A stretch of 64,000 nucleotides of DNA, taken from positions 55,090,956 to 55,154,955 of the forward strand of contig NC_057719.1 of assembly GCF_004010195.1 (NCBI RefSeq), given 5' to 3'. This DNA is from Chiloscyllium plagiosum. Taxonomy: Eukaryota. Positions 52,083 to 62,490 of the stretch are shown here, in pieces. The notes below the pieces were generated by a model. The model had not been told where the DNA came from. It worked only from the letters and a program-made list of their open reading frames with translations, and ran no database searches. Position numbers and translations under genes: made by a program. Position 1 is the stretch's first letter. The number at the start of each line of letters is the position of its first letter.

Positions 52083-52640
52083 TCGTAAGCAGTGAGGTCA
52101 TCTGCTCCATAGGTTTCAGGAGATGGAAGAGACCTTGTCCCCTGCTAGGCCAGTTCCGCTCCATTGTGTGCCACCTTGTCCTGCAAGACACAGAATAGAC
52201 ATCATTACTAATGTGTTTTCTTAGGGTTAAAGATAGTGAGAAGTAAGTGTTCAACTGAGAGCAACAGCAGTTAATTAAGGGTTAGGTGGAGTATGGGGAT
52301 GTTAGACCGGAGTGTTAAGTGTCAGTACCCCTGGTGCAGGGGTTGGTATTGTGGCTCAATGAGCACCATAATAAGTTAGCAGTGTGCTGTGTAAGAGATG
52401 TCATTCACTGACCCTAGTCATCTGAGTGAGGTAATTGATGTCTTTTAGCACTGCTGCAGATTCCTGGGTCCAGATACAAGAATAAATATCTCTGGCCACC
52501 AACATCCAATCTTTTCCAAGAGTATTCATTTCGAGTCTCCTGGATCCTTACAGAAGCATGGTGTCGCTTGTCCTGCCTAATTTCACTACTGATGACTCTA
52601 ATGAAACATCCATCATCCTGAAACCATCTCTGCACTCTAA
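52083..52640 (-). pseudogene. Harbinger-type Myb/SANT-like gene, exons 1-2, decayed
   Basis: Exon 1 end PRNLQQC*..NYLTQMTR|gtcag (~52410). Acceptor tgtgtcttgcag then DKVAHNGAELA*QGQGLFHLLKPMEQM (52180-52100). Confidence 0.65.
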
Positions 52641-52741
52641 TATTAACTTTTGATGATTTAAATTGCAACATCAATTTGGCTTCCCTTTCAGGGACGCAGA
52701 CTGGCCATATCCTATTGTTATCTACACAACACTGTTCAGCT

Positions 52742-52945
52742 AGGAGAAAGTGATGCTGGAGATTAGAGTGAAGAGTGTGCTGCTGGAAAAGCACAGCAGA
52801 TCAGGCAGCATCTGAGGAGCAGGAGAATCGACGGTTTGGGCATAAGCTCATCATCATTCCTGATGAAAGGCTTAGGCCCAAAACGTTGATTCTCTTGCTC
52901 CTCAGACGCTGCCTGACCTGCTGTGCTTTTCCAGCATCATACTCT
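52742..52945. mobile_element. Palindromic mini Penelope-like insertion, 15-bp TSD
   Basis: caaca(c/g)tgttcagct at 52727-52741 and 52946-52960; cattcCTGATGAaaggcttaggcccaaaacgtt. Confidence 0.85.
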
Positions 52946-53364
52946 CAACAGTGTTCAGCTCCCTGCTAAGCACAAAGGCAACCATCAGTGTGAAGAAGAA
53001 GGAAGCACTGGCAGTTCCATGTGGTCACATTCTTCGATCTTGCAATGGAGGTGAGAGCACCTCTTTGCAGGCAGCCCAATTTAATTGGAACTAACTGTGA
53101 ATCATACCCATAAATCAGGCTTAAGATGTTATTGCCCTAAGTATTCATTTTTCACCTTCCTTGTAAAAGCTTCCTGTACACTCAAAAGAAATCCTTCTTC
53201 CCTAAAATATCAGTTCGTGCTCGAGGAAGGATTTTCCATCATCGTGGCAGTTTGTTTTTTTTTTGATCAGAGGAACAGAACTGCAAAAGGTTTATTTTTA
53301 TCTCTGAATTTGTTCTTGTTTGTTGGATATGCCAAGGTGTATGTGTCCAAACATCAGAGATTTA

Positions 53365-53435
53365 CAGAGGAACCTCAACTATCCGAACGAAATGGGTATT
53401 TCGTTCGGATAATTGATGATTCGGATAATCGATTT
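53365..53435. mobile_element. Tc1/mariner (pogo/Tigger-like) terminal fragment with hairpin
   Basis: ta|CAGAGGAACCTC...; 14-bp perfect stem tatccgaacgaaat-gggt-atttcgttcggata (53380-53411). Confidence 0.55.
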
Positions 53436-54106
53436 GACTTTAAACAAGGGAAGCCATACTGATCTAACACTGTGTTGTACCACAGAATTTGTTTAAGTCT
53501 ATAATTTTGATGAGTCTGCTATTTAAGCTAACTAATCTTTGCATTCTGCAAATTGGAGGTTAAACTGAGAAGGACTAAATCCTTACCATCACATAAATAT
53601 ATGAAATCCTAGCATTAAACATGGTCCCGAACAGCTTCTACAATCTCAAGAGAATTTGTCAGTTTATGTTGAACTCAGTGTCACAATAGAAAGACAAGCA
53701 TCGCCTTGCTCATGTCCTAGTCTCTCCTACTGGTTGAAACATCTCTTCCACATGCCTCTGAGTATTCTGTAAGTTTCATTCAGATCTTCACTCATTCTTC
53801 TCAGAGTCCTCAACCACTCCTCATGTGACAAGCCCTTCATCCTTAAGATCATTCTTGTAAACCTCCTCTGGACCCCTTCCAATGCCAGCACATCCTTCCT
53901 TAGATACAGGACCCAAAACTGCTTACAATATTCCAAATGAAGTCTGACGGAACCTTATCCATCTCTGCTGTTGTATTGTAGCCTCTTGAAAGGAATGCAA
54001 CATTGCATTTGCCTTCCGAACTGCCAAATTAACCTACATTTAATCTAAAAAAGAATCTGAACTAGGACCCCGAAGTTCCTTTGTGGTTCAGATTTCCTCA
54101 ACTTTT

Positions 54107-54271
54107 GGGAGAAAGTGAGGACTGCAGATGCTAGAGATTAGAGTTGAGAGTGTGGTGATGGAAAAGCACAGCCGGCCAGGCAGCATCTGAGGAGCAGGAG
54201 AATCAACGTTTCGAGCATAAGCTCTTCATCAGGAATGAGGCTGTGCTTTTTCAGCAACACACTCTCAACTC
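54107..54271. mobile_element. Mini Penelope-like insertion
   Basis: ggagaaagtgaggactgcagatgct family; tttcctcaac at 54093-54102 and 54272-54281. Confidence 0.8.
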
Positions 54272-55248
54272 TTTCCTCAACATGTCCCCATATAGAAAAT
54301 AGTCTATACATCTATTCTTCTTACCAAAGTGCATAACCTCCCACTTTCCCACATTGTATTCTATCTGCCACTTCTTTGCCCATTCTCCTAACCTGTCCAA
54401 GTCCTCCTGCAGCCTCCCCACTTCTTCAACTTTACCTGTCCCTCCAACTACCTTTGTGTCATCTGTAAACTTAACAACAATAACCTCAGTTCTTCCATCC
54501 AAATATTTAATGTTCGATGTGAATAGTTGTGATTCCAGCACTAACCATTGTGGAACTCTAATAGTCAGAAGCTACCAACTGACAAAGATCCCTCATCCCT
54601 ACTTGCTGCCTTCTGTCAGTCAGCCAATCCTCAATCCATGCCAGTACCTTTTCTCTAACACCATGGACTCTTGCCTTATTTAGCTGCCTCCTGTGCAGGA
54701 CCTTATCAAAGGCTTTCTGGGCACCCAAATAGATCATGTCCACTGGCTGTTCTTTGTCTAACTTGCTCATTACCTCCTCAAAGAATTTGAACAGATGTGT
54801 TAGGCATGACCTCTATTGACAAAGCTGTGATAACCCTGTCCTATTTTACCATGCACCCCCATGTATTCTGCAATCTCATCCTTAATAATTGCTCTAAAAA
54901 TCTAAAATCTCACCAACAATGAGGTTAGGCTAACTAGCCTATAGTTTCCTGTCACCTGCCTCCCTCCTTCTTAAACAGGGAGTGACATTAGCCATTTTCT
55001 AGGCTTCTGGGACTGTCCACAACTCCAGGGATTCTTGAAAGAACACCATCAATGCCATCGTAATCTCCTCAGCTATCTCCCTCAAAGCACTCAGGTGTAG
55101 TCCATCTGGTCCAGGTGGTATATCCAAATTTCAGACTTTTCAGCTTCCCCAGTGTCCTGATTTCCTTGAAGTTTTGGTATTCTGCTGGTGTCTTCCACCA
55201 TGAAGACTGATGCAAAATACCTATTTAGCTCCTCTGCAATTTCCTTGT

Positions 55249-55556
55249 GGGCGGCACGGTGGCACAGTGGTTAGCACTGCTGCCTCACAGCGCCAGAGAC
55301 CCGGGTTCAATTCCCGACTCAGGCGACTGACTGTGTGGAGTTTGCACGTTCTCCCCGTGCCTGCGTGGGTTTCCTCCGGGTGCTCCGGTTTCCTCCCACA
55401 GTCCAAAGATGTGCAGGTTAGGTGAATTGGCCATACTAAATTGCCCGTAGTGTTAGGTAAGGGGTAAATGTAGGGGTATGGGTGGGTTTCGCTTCGGCGG
55501 GTCGGTGTGGACTTGTTGGGCCGAAGGGCCTGTTTCCACACTGTAATCTAATCTAA
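55249..55556 (+). mobile_element. HE1-type SINE, young full-length copy (CpGs retained)
   Basis: A-box tggcacagtgg, B-box ggttcaattcc, V-domain, CR1-like 3' tail and (ctaat)n. Confidence 0.95.
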
Positions 55557-57744
55557 TAATGACTTCTCCAGCCTCATTTTCGAACAGTACAATGTCCACT
55601 CCTGCCTCTTTCTTCCCTTTTATATATCTAAAGAAAACTCTTATAATCTTCTTTTATATTTCTAGCTAGCTGAATCTTATATTTCATCTTCTTCCCCCTT
55701 AATGCCTTTTTTTTTGTTATCCTCTGCTGGTTTTTATAAGCTTCCTAATCCTCTGGCTTCCCATGAATCTCCGTTACATTGTATGATTTTAGCTGTCCCT
55801 GAATTCCCTTGTCAGCCATGGTTGCCTTGTCCATCTCTTCTTCCTTGGAGTGATTTTTTGCTGTGCCTCATGAATACCCCACAGAAACTCCTACCATTGC
55901 TCCTCCACCATCTTCCCCACTAGGGTACCCTTTCAATCAACACTGGCTAGCTCCTCCCTATGTCTTAGTAGTTACCTTTACTCAATTAATATTATTACAT
56001 CTGATTCCAGTTGTCTTCTCCCACTCAAACAACAGGGTGAATTCTATTATATTATGGTCACGGTCACCGAGAGGTTCCTTCACGTAAAGGTCCCTAATCA
56101 AGTCTGCCTCATTTTACATCACCAAATCCAGAACTGCGTGCTCCTAGTGAGCTGTATGTCAAGCTACTCCTAACAAAACCTCATAGACATTTAACAAATT
56201 GCCTTTCCTGGGATTCACCACCAACCTGATTTTGCCAGTCAACCTGCATGCTGATGTTCCCATGATTATTGTAATGATGCTTCTCTTACATGCATTTTCT
56301 ATCTCCTGATTTATTTTCTTCCCCACATCCTGACTACTGCTAGGAGACCTGTACACAATTCCCATCAGGGTCACTTTACCTTTGCATTTCATGACGTCTA
56401 CCCACAGATTTTGCACCTTCACTTTTGCTATCAGTTTTATTTAATTTCTCCCTAACAAGGCAACCCTGCCAGCAGACTGCCCATCTCCTTGTCATTTTGG
56501 TAGGACGTGTATCTTTGGATATTTAATTCTCAGCCTGATCCCCTTGTAGCCATGTGTCCGTGATACCCACAATATCGTACCAGCCAATTTCAATTTGTAC
56601 TACAAACTCGTTTATCTTGGTTAGTATATTGTGTGCATTTAAGTACAATGCCCTCAGACCTTCATTGACTGCCTACCTTCTTATATAAGACCTCTTATCC
56701 CTGTATGTGAATCTAGATTCCTGATGCTTTCCACATGTCTGCCCTATTACTTCTTCTGGAAGTTTTATGAACCTCTGATGAGCCCTCTCTACTTTTAGCT
56801 TTTTCCAGAATTTTTCATTCAGCTAAACACATCTGCCCACAAACACCCCCTCACCCCCAACCCTAATGCAATGACATCAGAACGACCACTATTTTGCAAA
56901 ACATCTTGCAGCTAATATCCAACTATTCCAGGAGCAGTATTTGCTAAAAATTCATACAAATTTAAATATTCAAAGCTAATGACAGTGATGATAAAGTGCA
57001 GCATTCTCGAGTGTGAGCATTTTGCGTATCCAAAATGAATAACTATTAATGTCACCACATTGGAGTTATCTACAAAAAATAAAAATCAGTTGCAAATAAT
57101 AATGAAATGCAACTTGTTACATGTGCAAGCTCCTTAAAAATTGGGAAAGGCCAGGTTAGTGTGTACATTGGACAACTCAAGAGTAGAAAAATTAGGAGTA
57201 AACCACTTGACCCAGCAAAATTGCTGCACTGTCTAATAAGATGATGGCTCATCTGTTTGAGTTCTGCCACCGACATTCCCATTTATTCCCCATAGTCTTT
57301 GATTCCTTTACATACCTACCCTGACCTTAACAATATTTAATGACTCCCCTTCTGCAGCCTTTGAGGCAGAAAGTTCAAAAGTCATGCAACACACTGAGAG
57401 AAAACAAATCTCTCCATCTCTCTCCTAATAGTCCAACCACTAATTTTTACACAGTGAATTTCAACTCATCCACAAGAGGAAATATCCTCTCCACATCCAC
57501 TTTGTCAAGCTTGTTCAAATGTGGCTGTTCTAACCTGTTTTACATTCAATAAGATCATGACTGATCTGGTTGTGGCTTCAGATCCAATTTTCTGTTTTCC
57601 ACCCATCAGCCCTTGACTCCCTTGCTGATCAAATTCAACAGCCAGCTTCATTGCTATATGAAGAAGAAGATTCAACAGACTGACAACACTCTGAGATAGA
57701 AACAAAATCTCCTTTTCTCTGTCTTAAGTTACTCTGACCATTAT

Positions 57745-59277
57745 GGGAAGGCATACCAAATGCTTTCTTCACTATCCTATGTACCTACGACTCCACTTTC
57801 AAGGAGCTATGAACCTGCCCTCCGTGGTCTCTTTGTTCAGCAGCACTCCTGCTAAGTGTGTAAATCCTGCTAAGATTTGCTTTCCCAAAATGCAGCACCT
57901 CATATTTATCTAAATTAAACTCCATCTGCCATTTCTTAGCCCATTGGTCCATCTGATCAAGATCCTGTTGTAATCTGAGGTAACTTTCTTCGCTGTCCAC
58001 GACACTCCAATTTTGGTGTCATCTGCAAACTTTATGCTCGCATCCAAATCATTTATATAAATGATGAGAAGTAATAGACCCAGCACTGATCCTTGTGGCA
58101 CTCCACTGGTCACAGGCCTCCAGTCTGAAAAATAACCCTCCACACCACCCTCTGTCTTCTGCCTTTGAGACAGTTCTATATCCAATGTTGAGTTCTCCCT
58201 GTATTCCATGAGATCTAACCTTGCTAATCAGTCTCCCATGGGGAACCTTGTCAAACACCTTACTGAGATCCATTAGATCACATCTACCACTCTGCCCTCA
58301 TCAATCCTCTTTGTCACTTCTTTAAAAAACTCAATCAAGTTTGTGAGACATGATTTCCCACACATAAAGCCATGTTGACTATCCCTAATCAGTCCTTGCC
58401 TTTCCAAATACATGTACTTCCTGTCCCTCAGGATTCCCTCCAATAACGTGCCACCACTGACGTCAGGCTCACTGGTCTATATTCCCTGGCTTGTCCTTAC
58501 CACCTTTCTTAAACATTGGCAACACGTCAGCCAACCTCCAATCTTCCGGCACCTCACCTGTGACTATCGATGATACAAATATCTCAGTAAGAGGCCCAGC
58601 AATCACTTTACATGTACTTCCTGTCCCTCAGGATTCCCTCCAATAACGTGCCACCACCAACGTCAGGCTCACTGGTCTATAATCCCTGGCTTGTCCATAC
58701 CACCTTTCTTAAACATTGGCAACACTCCAATCTTCCGGCACCTCACCTGTGACTATCGATGATACAAATATCTCAGTAAGAGGCCCAGCAATCACTTCTC
58801 TAGCTTCCCACAGAGTTCTATGTCTCACCTGATCAGGTTCTGGGGAAATATCTACTTTTATGCGTTTCAAGACAAGCAGCACTTCCTTCTCTGTAATATG
58901 GACATGTTGTGGCTGTACAGGACATTGGTTAGGCCACTATTGGAATATTGCATGCAATTCTGGTCTCCTTCCTATCGGAAAGATGTTGTGAAATTGAAAG
59001 GGTTCAGAAAAGATTTACAAGGATGTTGCCAGGGTTGGAGGATTTGAGCTATAAGGAGAGGTTGAATAGGCTAGGGCTGTTTTCCTTAGAGCGTTGGAGG
59101 CTGAAGAGTGACCTTATAGAGGTGTATAAAATCATGAGGGGCATGGATAGGATAAATATCCAAAGTCTTTTCCCTGGGGCGGGGGAGTCCAGAACTAGAT
59201 GCTATTGGTTTAGGGTGAGAGAGGAAAGACATAAAAGAGACCTACGGGGGCAACTTTTTCACACAGAGAGTGGTACA
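57745..59277. mobile_element. CR1 LINE with 5' inversion: 57745-58900 minus, 58900-59277 plus
   Basis: Minus arm [31 protein letters not shown], ending near KKAFGM. Plus arm resumes at MLWLYRTLVRPLLEYC and is cut by the ERV LTR. Confidence 0.9.
58409..58797. repeat. ~200-bp tandem duplication inside CR1
   Basis: 58409-58608 is repeated at 58609-58797 with few substitutions and a ~10-bp deletion. Confidence 0.9.
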
Positions 59278-59279
59278 TG

Positions 59280-59783
59280 TGCAAGCGGGCATCAGAGCCG
59301 CCCTGCTTTTGCCACGGGACTATGCCTACATCAGGAAACTATAAGAATTCATTTTGTGTTTTAAACAGCAATCGCAGCTTTAAACCCACAGAACTCAGCA
59401 GCTGCCAGTCCACCTACGTGACCGGGAGATAGGAGACAGAGGACAGATCAAATCCACACTAGACCAACACCACCCATGACTCATGGACCAAAACTCCGGA
59501 ATTAATTAATATGGAAACCCATCTCTAATCACATCAAGAGACTGACTGAAACACACCCATACCATCGATACGGAACCACCCTGACACAAAGGACAGGCAT
59601 CCACCAGACAGGAACGGACAGACCAATACACACCAACACCCCAAGGGAACAAAGGGGGGTGCTAGCCCCTGCCCTCACAGAGAGAGACAAGCAGATAATA
59701 CCTGGACCCGTTTTACATAAACCAATTAGCACCCTATTGTGCGTGCCCTGCAACTCTCCTGGGACGGCAGGAAACAGCCTATT
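59280..59783 (+). promoter_or_regulatory. Putative 5' LTR U3 region (start at 59278 or 59280; 3' end hidden in the gap)
   Basis: TG start at the CR1 break; AP-1 TGACTCA at 59477-59483; CCAAT at ~59623 and ~59722. No primer-binding site is visible, so it is probably in the gap. Confidence 0.6.
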
Positions 59784-60674
59784 NNNNNNNNNNNNNNNNN
59801 NNNNNNNNNNNNNNNNNNNNNNNNNNNNNNNNNNNNNNNNNNNNNNNNNNNNNNNNNNNNNNNNNNNNNNNNNNNNNNNNNNNNNNNNNNNNNNNNNNNN
59901 NNNNNNNNNNNNNNNNNNNNNNNNNNNNNNNNNNNNNNNNNNNNNNNNNNNNNNNNNNNNNNNNNNNNNNNNNNNNNNNNNNNNNNNNNNNNNNNNNNNN
60001 NNNNNNNNNNNNNNNNNNNNNNNNNNNNNNNNNNNNNNNNNNNNNNNNNNNNNNNNNNNNNNNNNNNNNNNNNNNNNNNNNNNNNNNNNNNNNNNNNNNN
60101 NNNNNNNNNNNNNNNNNNNNNNNNNNNNNNNNNNNNNNNNNNNNNNNNNNNNNNNNNNNNNNNNNNNNNNNNNNNNNNNNNNNNNNNNAGCGCCTTCCTT
60201 GCGTACGCGGTAGAGGCTGGGAGGTCTACGCGCGCTACAAGAAGGGAAGTCCTCCAAACCAGCCCGAGACACGGGGCCTTTGGCCAACCGATGGTTATAC
60301 GCTCTGCCCATTGACCTCGCGGTCCCGAGGTATTGGCCTCTGTAGGATCAGGCGCGGTTAGGTCTGACTTCACGCCCCCCCCCTTGCACTCGGGCCCCTG
60401 GTTCACACCCAGTGTTTGTGGGGTACACACGGCTGCTGAACGTCAGGCGGTGAGAGAGAGACTCACGGAAACCCGGGGTTGCGCACTCGGGAATCGACAC
60501 GCAGTAACTATCCCCCCCCTGCCCAGGTTGACCCGCGGGGCTAGGGTTCGACTTACAGGGAGTGGGCTCCCCGACTGGAAGATTAATAAGCCAGTGCCAG
60601 CGACATCCCTCAGCACGCCTGCTAGCTTTACTTTAAAGAAGCTTCTGTTAAGTTACACCCGCTGCGCCCCTACC

Positions 60675-61829
60675 ATGTGTGGGAGCGCGGCCGAAGACCT
60701 AGATTGGGGGCCAGAGGGTTCCCTTACCCGTTTTATAGCCGACAAGAATAAGACACTTATTAAGGCTATGCTTCGCTCAGGCTGGGAACCTGCTGACCCG
60801 CTGGATGTACAGCGCGAGTGGTGGGCCTGCCAGAAGAAAGATAGGTACGAGAAAGCTTGCGTCCTGGTGCTGCAGGCACACGTCAGGCTTGCTGGCAAGG
60901 TTCAGCTTTATGTCCAAGACAAGATACAGCAGGCCACGGAGCATCTAGAAGCCCAGGCGCTTGCTGCCCGTATGGTTTTACCGACCTTATCCGATGCACC
61001 CAGCGCCCCGCCGTCCCCCATCTGGGACTGGGAGGGGCTCACGGACAATAAGGACCCCCGGGAATCGTGCTCGGGCTATGCCCGTGCAGCCCTGATAAAA
61101 GTTGAATATACCCCCGGGGGAGGGGAGAGAGGACGGGCCACGACCCTTGCCCATAACCCCCGCCTTAAGATGACCTACGTCTCCCTGACCCCGGGCGACA
61201 CCATGAAACTTCTGGACAGACTCCCCGCCCTTAAACCCCGGCACAATAACGCGGAATTTTGGCAGAGGCTTAGGGAGATGCAGACCTGCCACAACCTTCA
61301 CAATAGGGACGTGGCCGGCCTGGTTCGGACCAAACTCCCGGAGAACCTGTGGTCCAGGCTCTGGCCCGCGCACCAGACCTAGTCCTGGTTCGCTGACCTC
61401 AGCGACAACCGTCGCGAACAGGAGGTTGCCCTCGCCGACTTCAAGGCTGATGTCAGCGAGGTGCTCAGCCATTCACCAGTCAACTGGAATGCCATTGTGG
61501 GTATCACTCAGAAGCTTAGGGAGTGCGCCCAGGAATATGGGGTCCGCAAGTTTGAGGCATTCCGAGCACACAGCGGGGTTCCCGACACTGATAGGCAGAA
61601 CCCCGCATTCATTCAATTATACAAAGACGGTCTGAGCCCCGCACACCAGGTAGTCCTACGGACGGGCCTGGTTCCCCATGTCACCTTTGTGGAGCTTGAG
61701 AACTGGGCCATGACCATGGACAGCCGAGCGGCGCCCGCCGTTGCAGCAGCTTCGACGGACGAACGGGATGTTTGCTTCCGCTGCAAACAGCCGGGGCACC
61801 GAAAAGCCCAATGCCCGCTCTCTTTCTGA
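60675..61829 (+). pseudogene. gag: Gag (one in-frame TAG at 61380-61382)
   Basis: accATG at 60675; ORFs 60333-61382 and 61461-61829 are in the same frame; PSAP at 60999-61010; capsid-like YGVRKFEAFRAHSG; CFRCKQPGHRKAQC at 61773-61814. Confidence 0.85.
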
Positions 61830-62099
61830 CATCCCTGGGGCCAGAAAGGGGGCCGGCCACCCTCACAGCTGCACTCTTCACGCCCCCACAACCAGGAACG
61901 CCCCAGACAAGGGGTCGACAGCTCACAGCCGCACTCTTCACGCCCCCACAACCAGTAACGCCCCAGACAAGGGGTCGACAGCAACCCCGGACCCCACAAA
62001 ACCCGCAGCCCAAGCCCGAAACCCACCACACCCGACTGAGATCAACTCAGTCGGGGCCAGCTGCTCAAGCTTTTACAGATGCTCGCTCGACACAAAGAC

Positions 62100-62490
62100 T
62101 GAGTCGCGTCGGCCCCTGTATCTGGGTTTCCGCATCGCTAGGGGGCCGCCGATGCAAGATTTTGATTGATACGGGGGCGTCGGTCTCCCTCACCGACCTC
62201 GACCTTCCCTCAACCCACCACTCCATTTCCATTAAAGGAGTTGGGGAGAGCTCAGTTATTGCGCGCCGAAGCGAGGCTGTCCTCTTGGAGGTAGACAACA
62301 ATTTACTCCCCGTACATTTCTGGGTTTGCCCAAACGCGGAGGGGACGATCATGGGTATCGACCTCCTGGGCGAGCTGGGGGCGGTGGTGGACGCGTTCCA
62401 CCGTCGCCTCCTGTGGACATCCCGCGATCTTCACAAGAGCTCCCACGAGGGGAAATGGGTGCCCTTGCTACACTTGCACCCAGTGTGCCC
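62100..62490 (+). CDS. pro: Retropepsin (aspartic protease) domain, -1 frame relative to gag
   Basis: CKILIDTGASVS (DTG at 62168-62176), IKGVG flap, IMGIDLL. Confidence 0.88.

Larger units (their letters stand above)
53700..56850 (-). mobile_element. Long degenerate CR1 ORF2 with nested mini-Penelope and SINE
   Basis: VGIVYRSPSS-like (LMGIVYRSPSS); QKAFDKVLHRR; KFTDDTKV; LQEDLDRLGEWAKKWQ; EGVQRRFTRMI. Confidence 0.9.

Noticed and set aside
55210..55541. tRNA gene or the recurring MVAQWLALLPHS ORFs
   Set aside because: tRNA-derived SINE head followed by V-domain and LINE tail; not a tRNA or a protein.
59529..60430. Long ORFs of 184-260 aa in the ORF track
   Set aside because: They run through the 405-N assembly gap and are artefacts.
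61380..61382. Programmed gag-pol readthrough TAG as in gammaretroviruses
   Set aside because: The stop lies mid-capsid, upstream of the CCHC knuckle rather than at the gag end; more likely a nonsense mutation.
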